64,000 nt of DNA from Candidatus Spongiisociaceae bacterium (GCA_965262915.1 OZ253564.1:4032001-4096000), one strand, 5' to 3'. Numbered from the stretch's first letter, positions 1 to 10,927 are shown. Numbers and translations: made by a program. The notes: generated by a model from the letters alone, not told the origin.

Positions 1-741
1 CTTGATGCCCTTGTAGCGGGCGGCGACAACATTGGTGCCCACTCCCCGGATCTCGTATCCGAGGGTGGTCCGCCGGATCAGGAAGCGAACCGCCACCGCA
101 GCCAGCAGAGCGATCGCGAACCCCCAGTGGAGACGGCTGTCGGAGAAGAACCGCGGCAGGAAGGTGTTGGCGGCCATCCTTTCGGTCTGGTAGTAGGGGG
201 TTGTGGGAGACTGCCAGGGCCCAGCCAGCAGGTAGGACAGTACCTTCAAAATCACGAAGTTCAGCATGACCGTGGTAAGGATCTCGTTGGTTCCATAGCG
301 GACCAGGAGGCCGCCGGCGACGGACGCCCAAGCGGCCCCGACCAACGCTGCTGCGACCAACATGGCCACGAAGAGAAGGGGCGCCGGGAGCCCTCCCCAC
401 ATGTCGTACACCCACCAGGTGCCGATGGTGCCTGCGAAGAACTGCCCCTCGCCGCCGATGTTCCAGACCCCTGCCCGGAAGGCGATCGCCGCCGCGAGCC
501 CGGTGAGGATAAGGGGCGTCGCCTGCACCAGGGTCTCCAATGCCGACTCCCGGCTTCCGAAGGCACCGTTGTACAAAGCCACGAAGGACTCCCCGGGGCT
601 CTTTCCGACGACCAGAACCAGGCCCGCGATGATCGCCACTGCAACCACGAGGGCGGCCAGGAGCGCGGCTAACTCGTGCCACGGTCGGGTGACGAGCCGC
701 TTCTCGAGCCGCCACGCCTCTGACTGGAAGAGCAGCGACAT
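1..741 (-). CDS. Nucleoside/purine ABC transporter permease (3' end outside window)
   Basis: Minus frame from ATG at 741 is hydrophobic and includes GIAFRAGVWNIGGEGQF and YGTNEILTTVMLNF; it follows the ABC ATPase and BMP genes. Confidence 0.85.
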   Translation of the reverse strand, partial: MSLLFQSEAWRLEKRLVTRPWHELAALLAALVVAVAIIAGLVLVVGKSPGESFVALYNGAFGSRESALETLVQATPLILTGLAAAIAFRAGVWNIGGEGQFFAGTIGTWWVYDMWGGLPAPLLFVAMLVAAALVGAAWASVAGGLLVRYGTNEILTTVMLNFVILKVLSYLLAGPWQSPTTPYYQTERMAANTFLPRFFSDSRLHWGFAIALLAAVAVRFLIRRTTLGYEIRGVGTNVVAARYKGIK

Positions 742-791
742 CGGGTCCCGCCGGGACCCTTCTGCGCGGGGTCCCGATTCGGGCGGGGCCC
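742..791. repeat. GC-rich intergenic hairpin (REP-like)
   Basis: gggtcccgcc...ggcggggccc inverted repeat with an inner gggaccc/gggtccc pair, between permease and ATPase. Confidence 0.35.
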
Positions 792-797
792 GATCTG

Positions 798-2333
798 TCA
801 CGATGGCGACCCGACCGGTCGGGCATCGTCGGCATCGGCACCGGCCATGCTCAGCCCGATGCTCTCCAGGTCGGTCATCTCCGGGGTGGTGACGGTGACG
901 ATCCGGCCGTCGTAGATGACCGCAATGCGGTCCGACAGCTGGAATATCTCGTCGAGGTCCTCGGACATCAGCAGCACCCCGGCTCCCCGGTCCCGTTCCT
1001 CGACCAAGCGGCGGCGGACGTACTCGCTGGCAGAGATGTCCAGCCCGCGGGTGGGCTGGTGAGCCACCAGCAGCTTCGGCTTCCCCGACAACTCCCTAGC
1101 CATGATGATCTTCTGCAGGTTGCCGCCGGAAAGGGTGCGGGTGGTGTGGGATGCCGAGGGGGTCCTTATGTCGAAACCCTCGATGGACTCGGCGGCGAAG
1201 GCATCGATGGATCTGCGGTTGAGGAGCCCCCCGCGCGAGAAGGGAGGGCCACGGTGGCGGCCCAGCACCAGGTTCTCCTTGACCCGGAAATCCATCAGCA
1301 GGCCCTGGGCGATCCGGTCGGCGGGGACGCTGGCCACACCCAGCTGCGCTATCCGGTTGGCAGACAGGTCGGTGGTCTCCACGCCGACGATCCGGATAGC
1401 CCCGCTGGAGGGCTTGTCGACCCCTACCAGAGCATCGAAGAGGGCGTTCTGACCGTTGCCCGAGACGCCGGCGAGGCCGACGATCTCCCCGGCGTGCACC
1501 GCGAGCGAGAGACCCTTGAGGGATCCCCGACCGGTGACGCTCTCCAGATGTATCCCGTCGACCTCCACGATGGGCTCTCCGGATTCGGACCGGTCCTTGT
1601 CGACCTGGAAGAGCACGTCGCGGCCCACCATCATCCGGGCCAGCACCCGCATGTCGATATCAGCGGTGTCGACGGTTCCCACCACCGCGCCGCGCCGGAG
1701 CACCGTCACGCGGTCGGACAGCTCCATGACCTCTTTGAGCTTGTGGGTAATGAGGATGATGGTCAGGCCCTCGTCGCGCATCCGGCGCAGGATCCGGAAG
1801 AGCTGCCGCACACCCTGGGGGGTGAGCACCGCGGTGGGCTCGTCGAGGATGAGAACCTGGACACCGAAGTAGAGGGTCTTGAATATCTCGACCCACTGCT
1901 GCTCACCGACCGACAGCCTTCCCACTTCCGCGTCAGGGTCGATCTCCACGTCGTAGTTCTCGAAGAACCGCCCCAGCCTTCTCCTGACCTCGGAGAGGTC
2001 GAGCCACTGACGGGCCGGGGTCCCGATCACCACGTTCTCCACCACCGACATCGGCGAAACCAACTCGAAGTGCTGGTGCACCATCCCGATGCCCGCCTCG
2101 ATGGCATCCCGGGGCGTGTTGAGCTCGAGCAACTCCCCGTTGAACCGGACAGTTCCCTCGTCCGGTCGATAGACCCCGTAGAGCACGTCGGCGAGGGTGG
2201 TCTTGCCTGCCCCGTTCTCGCCGAGCAGGCAATGGATCTCACCGCGCCGTATGTCAACGCTGACGGCGTCGTTGGCGACCACCCCAGGGAAGCGCTTCGT
2301 GATCCGATCCACGGAGAGGATCGTTTCGCTCAC
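798..2333 (-). CDS. ABC transporter ATP-binding protein, two domains (nucleoside/CUT2 type)
   Basis: GENGAGKT, LSVGEQQ, ILDEPT and LSGGNLQK motifs. Confidence 0.95.
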   Translation of the reverse strand: MSETILSVDRITKRFPGVVANDAVSVDIRRGEIHCLLGENGAGKTTLADVLYGVYRPDEGTVRFNGELLELNTPRDAIEAGIGMVHQHFELVSPMSVVENVVIGTPARQWLDLSEVRRRLGRFFENYDVEIDPDAEVGRLSVGEQQWVEIFKTLYFGVQVLILDEPTAVLTPQGVRQLFRILRRMRDEGLTIILITHKLKEVMELSDRVTVLRRGAVVGTVDTADIDMRVLARMMVGRDVLFQVDKDRSESGEPIVEVDGIHLESVTGRGSLKGLSLAVHAGEIVGLAGVSGNGQNALFDALVGVDKPSSGAIRIVGVETTDLSANRIAQLGVASVPADRIAQGLLMDFRVKENLVLGRHRGPPFSRGGLLNRRSIDAFAAESIEGFDIRTPSASHTTRTLSGGNLQKIIMARELSGKPKLLVAHQPTRGLDISASEYVRRRLVEERDRGAGVLLMSEDLDEIFQLSDRIAVIYDGRIVTVTTPEMTDLESIGLSMAGADADDARPVGSPS

Positions 2334-2378
2334 CCTCGAAGGCCTCCCTGAGACGGTCTGCTCTCTAGGCCTCCGGTC

Positions 2379-3470
2379 CTACTCAATCGGTTCGGTAACG
2401 AGAGGGATCTTCAGTTCACCGCTCAGGATGGCAGCCTGGGCCTCTTCGACCGCAGCGACCACCTCAGCGGCGAGGTTGGGATTGAGCTCGCCGAGACTTG
2501 ACCCGCCGTCCAGCATGGACTGGTAAACGATCCGCTCCATGGGAGCGTCGTAGGGCACGCCTTCGGTTACGTGGGCGTACCAGGCGTCGATCAGGTCGAG
2601 GAATGCGGTATCCCAGCGAGCCACCGCGCTGGTGAGCACCACATCCGACATCCCCAACTGGTCGGTGAAGTGTCCGAAGCCCCACACACCGTCCGCCTCT
2701 TCGACGGCGGCGAAGGGCCCGAACCGCTCCGCGTAGACCATGTCGGAACCGGCCGCGATCTGTGCCGCCGCGGCTTCCTGGGCGGTGGCCGGGTCGAACC
2801 AGCTCTCGATGTAGGCCACTTCGGCGGTGATGTCCGGGTTGACCGACTGCGCCCCGTCGATGAACGCGTGGAGCGGAGCGTTGACGTTGGGGAACGGGAA
2901 GGCCGCCACGCCGCTGATCTTGTTGGTCTCGCTCATCATCCCGGCGATGATCCCGGCCAGGTAGGCGGGCTCGTGGATGAAGACGTCGATCCAGTATCCG
3001 TTGCCGCCCATCCCGTCGTTACCGGACCCGGAGTAGGCGAACAGGGTGTCCGGATAGTCGTCCCTGACCGCGGCCACCGCGTCGGAGTAGGTGCTGTGGG
3101 CGATAATGATCTCGTACTCACCCGTTTGGGCCAGGTCACGGATGACCCGTTCGCCATCCGCGTATGCGATCTCCTCGATCTCCTCCAGGGTGATCGTAAG
3201 GTCGTACGGGTTGTCATCCGCCAACCGGCCGATGCTGTCGATCATGGTGGCGTACCAACCCTCTTCCTTGGTGCCCAGCATGATCATGGCGACGTTCAAC
3301 TCGGTCGGCGCCATCATCTCGGCTTCGGTGGTGGTCGGTGCGGCGGTGGTGGTAGGCGCTGCTGTGGTCGTGGCAGGCTCTTCGTCGCCGCCGCACGCCC
3401 CGGCGATCATGGCCAGAGCCATGATGATCGCCGCAAAGGCGAACGTCTGACAGTCTCTGAACTTGCTCAT
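2379..3470 (-). CDS. BMP-family (purine nucleoside) ABC substrate-binding lipoprotein
   Basis: Lipobox IAGAC, TTTAAP linker, EPAYLAGIIAG and YIESWFDPA. Start MSKFR follows an AGAGGAG RBS. Confidence 0.9.
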   Translation of the reverse strand: MSKFRDCQTFAFAAIIMALAMIAGACGGDEEPATTTAAPTTTAAPTTTEAEMMAPTELNVAMIMLGTKEEGWYATMIDSIGRLADDNPYDLTITLEEIEEIAYADGERVIRDLAQTGEYEIIIAHSTYSDAVAAVRDDYPDTLFAYSGSGNDGMGGNGYWIDVFIHEPAYLAGIIAGMMSETNKISGVAAFPFPNVNAPLHAFIDGAQSVNPDITAEVAYIESWFDPATAQEAAAAQIAAGSDMVYAERFGPFAAVEEADGVWGFGHFTDQLGMSDVVLTSAVARWDTAFLDLIDAWYAHVTEGVPYDAPMERIVYQSMLDGGSSLGELNPNLAAEVVAAVEEAQAAILSGELKIPLVTEPIE

Positions 3471-3648
3471 AGGACTTTCTCCTCTGTTGGTAGCTTCACT
3501 CTCTTGGGAATGCGATATCGCCCCGCCCGGAACCTCACTCGCTATGACATCTCTAGTCGAATCGTGACCTCGCGAGCGTGAAGACGCGTGGTTGTTACGC
3601 ACCCGGTGAACAATAGCGAGCCGCGCCCCGATCCTCACAACGAAACCC

Positions 3649-3721
3649 GGTGGTCTGCCTGCCAAGTGATTCGCCGTGTCCTGCTTGCATGCCACACCGC
3701 CACTTCACAGACAGACCACTA
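3649..3721. mobile_element. Short MITE/REP-like element (internally deleted copy)
   Basis: Terminal inverted repeats gtggtctgcctg / cagacagaccac; ends closely match the 17297-17463 element. Confidence 0.65.
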
Positions 3722-5335
3722 CCGGCTCGACAGGACCGGCTTGCCGATGATCCGGTAGGGGGGCCACCAACGTTGCAGACCGAGATCCTCGACGATGACA
3801 TTGGCGGCGTTGTATCCGGGACCGAAGTGGATCGAACCGCCGGGGTGGCACGCCGATCCGCACATGTACAGACCATCGATGGGGGTTCGGTAGCCGCTGG
3901 CCTCGGGGAAGGGTCGGTTGATCCCCCACTGGTCGTTGGTGTAGGCGCCCTGCCGGCAACCCCCGCCCACCATGTTGATGATCCGGTTCCGGATGTCGTC
4001 GGGGGTGTAGGCGTAGGTGGCCACCATGTTGTCCCTGGTCAGGTTGGGCGCGTACTCCGCCCACCGGGAACGCATCCGCTCCAGTAGATCGTCCTTGATG
4101 TCGTCGTAGGTCTTGGCGCCGTTCTCGAGCTTGTCCGCGGGGGGGCCGAACTGCCAGAACAGCAGGGTGTGCTTGCCTTCCGGTGCATAGGAGGGATCGA
4201 TCACCGTGTGGCAGCAGGCATCGCCGCCCAGAGCCGACGGGATGTGCCCGTTGCCGATCTCCTCCCAGTGCCGGTCGAGTTCCTCGAGGGTGTTGACCCC
4301 GAAGAAAATGGCCAGGCCCTTGTTGGCCTCCTCCGAGTACTTGGCCGAGTAGTCGGGCGCCACCTCGGAGGCGGCATGGAAACCGAACAGCGCGGTGTGG
4401 AACTCGATCTCCCACTCCCGGCATCGCTGGGCGATCTCGGGAGAGAGGTGCTCCTCCCCCACCATCTGCAGGAAGGTCGCCGGCGGGTCGACCGCCGAGG
4501 CCACGAACTTCTCGGCGCGGAAGGTCTTACCTTCCGAAGTGCGGACACCGACTGCCCGTCCGCCTTCGATGATGATCTTCTCCACATGCTCCCCGGTGAG
4601 GATGATCCCTCCGTTCGCATGGAAGAAGGCGGCCAGCGACTGGGCGATCTGGTGGGTACCGCCCCGCACGATGCTGAGGCGGGGCGAGGCAGCGTAGCGC
4701 ATGAAGAAGTCGCCCACTCCGGTGGCGAAGTCGGGCATGCCCCGCACGCAGGCGTTCATGGCGATCCAGGTCTTCAGGCGGTCGCTCTCGTAGAGGTAGT
4801 CGAGCACCTCCCGGCCGCTCATGTCGCACATCTTCTGGTACTCGGCCCGGTCCTCGTCCCCGAGCCCCACGCCTCGCTCCGAGGTGGGTTTGGGGGGAGC
4901 GTAGAACTCCTCCTCCACCTTGGTGAGGAACCGGTGGTAGAGGTCCTCCATCGTGTCAAGGTCGGCCTTGGGGATGACATCTTTGAACTGGGCGTAGGTG
5001 CGCTGCGGGTCGTCGGTGTAGGTGAGCAACTCCGCACCGTCCTCGAACAGGTAGGCCCGCTCGACCTCGCCCCGCATCAGCTCGAGTCCGTAACGGTGCA
5101 ACTCGAAGTCCTGATGGGGAGGCCCGTAGGACCAGATGAAGTTGGCGTGCAGGTTGTGGTAGAAGCCGGGCTTGGTGACCTCCTCGGTAATGGTCGCCCC
5201 GCCGTATGCCATCCTCCGCTCGAGGACCAGCACACGTAGTCCCTGGCGGGCCATGTAACCACCCAGCGTCAGACCGTTGTAGCCACCACCGACGATGATC
5301 CCGTCAAAGGTTCCGTCAAGCACCCGCTCCTCCAT
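3719..5335 (-). CDS. FAD-dependent oxidoreductase, phytoene desaturase/PYROXD2-like family
   Basis: IIVGGGYNGL...VLERR dinucleotide motif; C-terminal YRTPIDGLYMCGSACHPGG..GYNAA. Confidence 0.85.
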   Translation of the reverse strand: MEERVLDGTFDGIIVGGGYNGLTLGGYMARQGLRVLVLERRMAYGGATITEEVTKPGFYHNLHANFIWSYGPPHQDFELHRYGLELMRGEVERAYLFEDGAELLTYTDDPQRTYAQFKDVIPKADLDTMEDLYHRFLTKVEEEFYAPPKPTSERGVGLGDEDRAEYQKMCDMSGREVLDYLYESDRLKTWIAMNACVRGMPDFATGVGDFFMRYAASPRLSIVRGGTHQIAQSLAAFFHANGGIILTGEHVEKIIIEGGRAVGVRTSEGKTFRAEKFVASAVDPPATFLQMVGEEHLSPEIAQRCREWEIEFHTALFGFHAASEVAPDYSAKYSEEANKGLAIFFGVNTLEELDRHWEEIGNGHIPSALGGDACCHTVIDPSYAPEGKHTLLFWQFGPPADKLENGAKTYDDIKDDLLERMRSRWAEYAPNLTRDNMVATYAYTPDDIRNRIINMVGGGCRQGAYTNDQWGINRPFPEASGYRTPIDGLYMCGSACHPGGSIHFGPGYNAANVIVEDLGLQRWWPPYRIIGKPVLSSR

Positions 5336-5355
5336 TCCCCAATCGAGTACCCGAA

Positions 5356-5372
5356 TATTGGTAAAATCTATA
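5356..5372. promoter_or_regulatory. Putative operator TATTG-N7-CAATA (one mismatch)
   Basis: TATTG-GTAAAAT-CTATA upstream of the oxidoreductase; related boxes at 9446 and 15771. Confidence 0.4.
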
Positions 5373-5748
5373 TTGCTCTGTCAAGTAGTCCTGCTATCTT
5401 CGATTACCAGACCGACAGGAAATCATGAATCGAGGCTGTAGTTCCAGCGGAGTGCCAGTCCCACCAGCTTCGACCCGACTCGTAACGCTTGTGATCGGAC
5501 TTGCGGTCATAGTGGCAGTGTTGGCGGTCCCACGGTCGGCGCGAGCCTGCACGTTTCCTGTCAGGCCCCTTGAGGAATATGCCGACGAAGTAGACGTCGC
5601 ATTCGTAGGAAGCGAGATCGACCGGCGGGAGCGCGGAGAACGAGCGGTTCTCACTTTCGAGGTACACCGCGTCTACAAGGGCGAGGTAGGGCCTCGCATC
5701 AGGTTCGATGTTCCTAGCCGCGAAACGCCCTGTGGTGCGTATTTCGAC

Positions 5749-6788
5749 CTAGATGAGTAGTTCCAAGGGGTGCGGGGTGTAAATCCACTGCTTAGGGGTT
5801 GGGGGTGTCCAGAATCCGGGGTACGAATCTTCCCCGATCCGAAAGGACCTGGAATGGGCCCGGACCTAGACACCCTTGCCACTGCATTGTACGTGACCAC
5901 AGATGATCTGTTGATCTAGTATCCCGGGTGGGCACCGGAGCGTCCCGTGGTCGGGATCGCTCCGAAGCTGTCGGATGCCGAGTTGGTCACCCTGGCGGTG
6001 ATACAGGCTCTGTTGGGTTACACATCCGAGGCCCGTTTCCTGCGGTACGCCGACACGCATCTACAGACCCTGGTTCCCCTACCTGCCCACCCGAGCGGCC
6101 TACAACAAGCGGCTGCGCCGCAGTAGCCTGATGATGCAACACATCATCAACTACCTCAGCCGGGTCTGTGCATCGTTCCACGACGATCTGTGGCTGGTCG
6201 ACTCAACCCCGGTCGAGTGCGGCCGCAGCCGCGAGACCACCCGCCGCTCAGAGTTGGCGGGATGGGCAGAATACGGCTACTGCGCGTCGCATTCCCGCCA
6301 CTTTTGGGGGTTGCGTCTCCACCTTTTGGCTACCGCATCGGGTCTGCCGATCCTGTGGGCGCTTGCTCCGGCCAAAGAAGACGAACGCGACATCGCCCTG
6401 GAGATGTTGGCCCGCAGCGGCCTCGCCCGCCCCGGCCAGACCATCATCGCGGACAAGGGCTATCGGCGGGCCAGCTTCCACAAAACCCTCAACGGGGCCG
6501 GTATCACCCTTATCCGTCCCGCGACCAAAACCGAGAAACCGCGACCCGGGCGGCGGTTCCTCCGCCCGTTCCGCCAGATCATCGAGTCGATCAACAACAC
6601 CCTCAAAACCCAGCTTGATCTCCAACGGCACGGCGGACGTACCAAAGCCGGTGTGATAGCACGTATCCTGCAACGTCTCCTAGCACTCACCGCCACGATC
6701 TGGCACAACCAAACCACCAACCAGCCAGGACCAGCCCGCTCCCTCATCGCCTACGACCACTAACCACCCCTTGGAACTAACCGTCTAG
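5749..6788 (+). mobile_element. IS982-like insertion sequence inserted at a CTAG site
   Basis: Inverted ends ctagatgagtagttccaaggggtg / caccccttggaactaaccgtctag. Confidence 0.9.
5854..6763 (+). pseudogene. IS982-family DDE transposase, inactivated
   Basis: DLDTLATALYV, LSDAELVTLAV, VDSTPVEC, ADKGY and IESINNTLK; in-frame TAG at 5917 and a +1 frameshift near 6072. Confidence 0.85.
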
Positions 6789-7072
6789 GAAGTGGAACGA
6801 CCGTTGTGGTAGCCCAGTTGGTGGAAGAAGATGCATATGGGTTCAAGGCTGGAGACCTATACTTCATGGAGGAATCCGCCTTCGTCTCAGAAGCAGATCT
6901 CGAAGAGGTGTTCGGCGACGGGTATCCGCCGGACCCCACAATCCAGATCTCCGAACCCCAGACCTCCGAGCCGTCGGGCAACGTCCCAAGGATCAGAGCC
7001 CTGGCCGTCGGCGCTCTGGTCGTTCTCGCGGTGGTTCTGATAAAGATACGGTCGGCGGGCCACGGCCGTAAT

Positions 7073-7089
7073 AGGTAGTTGGTAGTTGG
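7073..7089 (+). repeat. Heptamer array (GGTAGTT)n
   Basis: aggtagttggtagttgg is the reverse complement of the end of the 19201 array and supplies the TAG stop at 7076. Confidence 0.5.
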
Positions 7090-7358
7090 CGGCTGGGCAG
7101 GCAAGAGTTCACGGGGCGTTCCGGCCGCCGATCGCCTTGGAGTTGCGGGTTGCCGGTGGGCGGCCGGAGTGGCACCAGAGCTCACGTCGGACGCCTACCG
7201 GCACCCTCGCCCGGCTGGTTCCCGGGGAACCGAGCTACCGCAATCGAGGGTCTTGATCTTCACTGCCCGAGCGGATACGTTGACCGCATGAATACGATGC
7301 GACGCTCATCCGCACCTTCCGGATCATGCCGGACGAGCCAGGAGGCAAGGATCCGCCT

Positions 7359-7754
7359 ATGACCGTCATACAAGAGACCATCGTCGCGGAGCGCGCTGCG
7401 CAGGCGTTGGAGTTCCTAGCCCAGTCGGAGGCCGAGTTCGCGGCGGGCGATACCCGCCAGGGCGCCGAGAAGCTTTACGGCGCCGCCGTCCAGGCCGTCA
7501 TCGCCGCCTCCCGCCAACGCGGCTGGGACTACCGCTCGCATCGCGCCAACAAGAACGCCGCCACCCGACTGGCCGACGAGTATGGCGACCGGTTCCTGTC
7601 CGCCGGGTTCATAGCCGCCGAGAGGTTCCACATCCATTTCCATCACGGCGACATGGAGGACTACCAGATAGCCGCCGATCTCCCTACCGTCCGTGAATAC
7701 GTGGAGCGCATGGTGACGCTGATCAAGGAGTACAACGCGAACCGAATGGGCTAG
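7359..7754 (+). CDS. PaREP1-family (HEPN-like) protein
   Basis: AEFAAGDTRQGAEKLYGAA...RGW.YRSH...AERFHIHFH pattern. Confidence 0.75.
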   Translation: MTVIQETIVAERAAQALEFLAQSEAEFAAGDTRQGAEKLYGAAVQAVIAASRQRGWDYRSHRANKNAATRLADEYGDRFLSAGFIAAERFHIHFHHGDMEDYQIAADLPTVREYVERMVTLIKEYNANRMG

Positions 7755-7846
7755 AGCTGGTGAACCCCCATTAGGAGGAGCTCCACCGCGCTTATCGGTC
7801 CTTGAGCGATCCCAAGTCTGACCCGGTGGATTCCCACATCAGAAGC

Positions 7847-8262
7847 AAGTCCCGGCTGCGCTGGCTCGTCCCACCGATACGTCCGTCGGCGGGCTGGTCG
7901 AAACGTTCGTGGTCAACGAGGTGGCCAAACAACTCACCTGGAACCAACCCGAAGCGCGTCTCTACCACTTTCGCGATCACCGGGGACCGGAGGTCGACCT
8001 GATACTCGAAGCGCCCGATGGACTCGTCGTCGCCATCGAGGTCAAGGCCGCCATCTCTCCCGGCCCCGGAACAGCCCGGTGGCTCGCCTGGCTCCGTGAC
8101 CGCCTCGATCAGGTCGGGAACGACTTCCTGCACGGCTTCGTATTCCACACCGGACCCAACCGCCTGAGCCTCGGTGACCGGCTTACGCTGCTCCCTATCG
8201 AAGCGCTATGGACCCCTCCCTACCGGCCCGCCGGCGTCTCGAACCGAGCCGACACCGGATGA
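7847..8262 (+). pseudogene. C-terminal DUF4143/PD-(D/E)XK fragment of an AAA+ ATPase
   Basis: GLVETFVVNE, LYHFRD..GPEVDLILE and AIEVKA; the ATPase N-terminus is absent. Confidence 0.75.
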
Positions 8263-8282
8263 AACTCCTCCCGACCTCCGGG

Positions 8283-9363
8283 CTATTCGGGCGGGGCGTC
8301 GTTGAGTTCTACCACCAGTTCGCCGGACAGGATCTGGTCGCGCGCCTCGAGGACTCTGTCGCGGACGTCTGCGGGAACGAGGGCCTCGTTGAGCGGGGCG
8401 ATGTCACCGCCGCCTTGCGGCATGTGGAACATGATCCGTTCCATCGGCGCGTTCATCTGAACACCGTTGACCATGTGGTCCCACCAAGCGTCGATCGTCA
8501 CCTCTATGGCCTGGTCCCACTTGGCCACGGTGCTGGTGAGCACCACGTCGGGCGCCAACGCCTGCACGTCGACGAGGTCCCCGACTCCGTAGACGCCTGC
8601 CTCTTCGGCAGCTTCGAACACCCCGAAGACGATCGCGTAGAGCACATCGGCGCCGGCCACGATCTGAGCGGTCGCCGCTTCCTTTGGCGGTGGCCGGATC
8701 CCACCAGCTCTCGATGTAGGTGACCTCCCACTCGACATCCGGGTTGACGGACTTCGCGCCGGCGATGTACCCGTTGACGGGGGCGTTGACGTTCGGGAAC
8801 GGGAAGTTGGCGACGACCCCGATCTTGTCGGTCTCGGTCATGAGACCGGCGGCCACTCCGGTCAGATAGGCGGGCTCGTGGACGAAGGTGTCGACCCAGA
8901 AGGCGTTGCCACCCAGTGGATCGTTGCCGGACCCTGCATAGACGAAAAGGATGTCCGGGTAATCGCCCATCACCGCGGAGATCGCGTCGCTGTAGGTGCT
9001 ACTGCCGAAGATCATCTCGTACTTGCCGCTGGCGGCCAGATCGCGGACTATCCGCTCGCTGTCACCGTAGGCGATGTTCTCGAACCACTCGGTTGTGACC
9101 TCCAGGCCGTAGGGTCGCTTCTCCGCGAGACGGTCCAGCGAGTCCAGCATCGCCTGGTACCAAGGGTCGTCGATGGGGTTCGGTGCTATGAAGCCCACCC
9201 GGAGAACGGTAGGTTCTTCCACGGCCGGCGGGGCGGTCGTGGTGGGCGCCGCCGTTGTGGTGGGTGCCGCCGTAGTGGTCGGAGCGGCCTCTTCCCCGCA
9301 TGCCGCTGCCACGAAGGCAAGGACAACGACCAGGCAGAGTAGAGGGGTTCGCAAGAATCTCAT
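8283..9363 (-). pseudogene. Second BMP-family substrate-binding lipoprotein, single frameshift near 8684
   Basis: Paralogue of 2379-3470 (HEPAYL, FPFPNVNAP, APMERI); one extra A at DPATAK|EAATAQI. Confidence 0.8.
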
Positions 9364-9445
9364 GATCGGTCACTCCCTCGTGTGGAACACTGCCGGCTCG
9401 GAGTTCGGCGACCGGATGGCACCCGCCCCGTTTGTCCGTTAGGAA

Positions 9446-9462
9446 TATCACTGTCAGCAATA
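9446..9462. promoter_or_regulatory. Putative operator (TATCA-N7-CAATA)
   Basis: Lies in the divergent BMP/amidohydrolase promoter and resembles the 15771 box. Confidence 0.4.
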
Positions 9463-9517
9463 TGTCCGGCAGTAGCAATACACTCGGATGCGGACGCGCG
9501 GGGAGTGAGGGCACGAT

Positions 9518-10927
9518 ATGAACACCGAGCAGGACACGGTTTGCGATCTGTTGCTCACCAACGGATCGGTGATCACGGTGGATGACGAGCGGCATGTCCA
9601 CGAACCGGGATCGGTGGCAATCGGCGGCGACCGGATCCTTGCCGTAGGTACGCCAGAAGATCTTGATCGGTACCGCGCTACCAGAGTGATCGATTGCACC
9701 GGTAAGGCAGTCCTCCCCGGCTTCGTCGACACCCATACTCACATGTTCCAAAGCCTTGGGCGGGGCCTGGGCGAGGGGATGCCGCTTTATCCGTGGTTGA
9801 GCGACTTCATGTGGCCCTACGCGCGGGTGATCAGCAGGCACGAGGCGTGGGCCGGGGTCAGGCTGACGGCCCTTGAGGCTGCCAGGGCCGGCACGACCGC
9901 CGTGGTCGACGATCACTATGCCCCCACGGACATCGAGACGACGGTCGGGGTGGCCCGGACCATCGAGGAGGTGGGTCTGCGTGGTGCGGTGGCGCGGGGC
10001 ATCTTCGGCGCCCCGGCCGAGGTAACGCGGCACTACGACATCCCCGATTATCTTTTCGAGCGGTCGCCGGAAGAGGAACTGGAGATCACGAGGGCCGCCA
10101 TCGAAGCTACCTCGGGCAAGCAGGTGGCAGTGTGGCCGGCGCCCGACGGGAACTTCATCCACCGGGATCTCATCATCGATTCGGTGAAGCTGGCGCATGA
10201 ACTGGACACTCGGTGGCATATCCATTGCTCAGCGCCCCAAACCGATCCTGCTGCCTACGTGTCCTGCTACGGCGAGCGTCCCGTCGAGTGGATGCACCGG
10301 GCGGGAATCCTCGACGAGAGAGCGGCAATCGCCCACGGAGTGTGGTTCGACGACGACGAGGTGGCGTTCATAGGCGAGGCCGGCGCCGGGGTCGCCCACT
10401 GCCCCACATCGAACTGCTACATGGCGGACGGCGCCATCCGCATGAACGACCTCAGGTCGGCGGGAGCAGTCGTGTCGCTGGGTACCGACGGATCGGCCTG
10501 TGACCACCGCCAGGACATGTTCGAGCAGATGAAACAGGCCATATTCGTGCAGAGACTGCACACCCTCGACCCCGTGGCGCTGCGATCCGAGGATGCCTTG
10601 GAACTGGCCACGCGGGAAGGCGCCCGTTACCTGGGAATCGACGCGGGGATCCTCGCTCCGGGCAAGCTCGCCGACATCGCGGTGGTGGACCTCGAGCGGG
10701 TCCATCTACAGCCGCTCAACCGGACACTCTCGACCCTGGTCTACGCGGCCCGCGGCTCCGATGTCGTCATGACGATCGTGGGCGGGGATGTGATCTACGA
10801 GAACGGCGCCTCCACGAAGGTGAACGACGCGGAGGTGATCGCCGAGGCCCGGGTACGGTCGGCGGAACTGATAGAAAGAGCAGGGCTGCAAGGCTTGCTC
10901 GCCCCGTGGAGAGCGGGCTCGGACTGA
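9518..10927 (+). CDS. Amidohydrolase, AtzA/MtaD/8-oxoguanine deaminase family
   Basis: PGFVDTHTH, WHIH, AHGVW, HCPTSN, LGTDG and GKLAD. Confidence 0.9.
   Translation: MNTEQDTVCDLLLTNGSVITVDDERHVHEPGSVAIGGDRILAVGTPEDLDRYRATRVIDCTGKAVLPGFVDTHTHMFQSLGRGLGEGMPLYPWLSDFMWPYARVISRHEAWAGVRLTALEAARAGTTAVVDDHYAPTDIETTVGVARTIEEVGLRGAVARGIFGAPAEVTRHYDIPDYLFERSPEEELEITRAAIEATSGKQVAVWPAPDGNFIHRDLIIDSVKLAHELDTRWHIHCSAPQTDPAAYVSCYGERPVEWMHRAGILDERAAIAHGVWFDDDEVAFIGEAGAGVAHCPTSNCYMADGAIRMNDLRSAGAVVSLGTDGSACDHRQDMFEQMKQAIFVQRLHTLDPVALRSEDALELATREGARYLGIDAGILAPGKLADIAVVDLERVHLQPLNRTLSTLVYAARGSDVVMTIVGGDVIYENGASTKVNDAEVIAEARVRSAELIERAGLQGLLAPWRAGSD

Larger units (their letters stand above)
5425..7078 (+). pseudogene. 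Secreted, membrane-anchored TIMP/NTR-like protein interrupted by an IS
   Basis: Signal peptide ARA|CTF, then DVAFVG, FEVHRVYKG and CG..F. Removing the IS rejoins YFDL-GSGTTVVVAQ in frame, ending in a C-terminal TM helix. Confidence 0.7.

Noticed and set aside
3719-5335. crtI carotenoid desaturase
   Set aside because: No carotenoid genes nearby; it lies upstream of a nucleoside transporter and fits the broader oxidoreductase family.
5917-5919. Pyrrolysine or readthrough at the in-frame TAG in the transposase
   Set aside because: A second lesion (frameshift) exists in the same gene and there are no pyl genes; simple decay is more likely.
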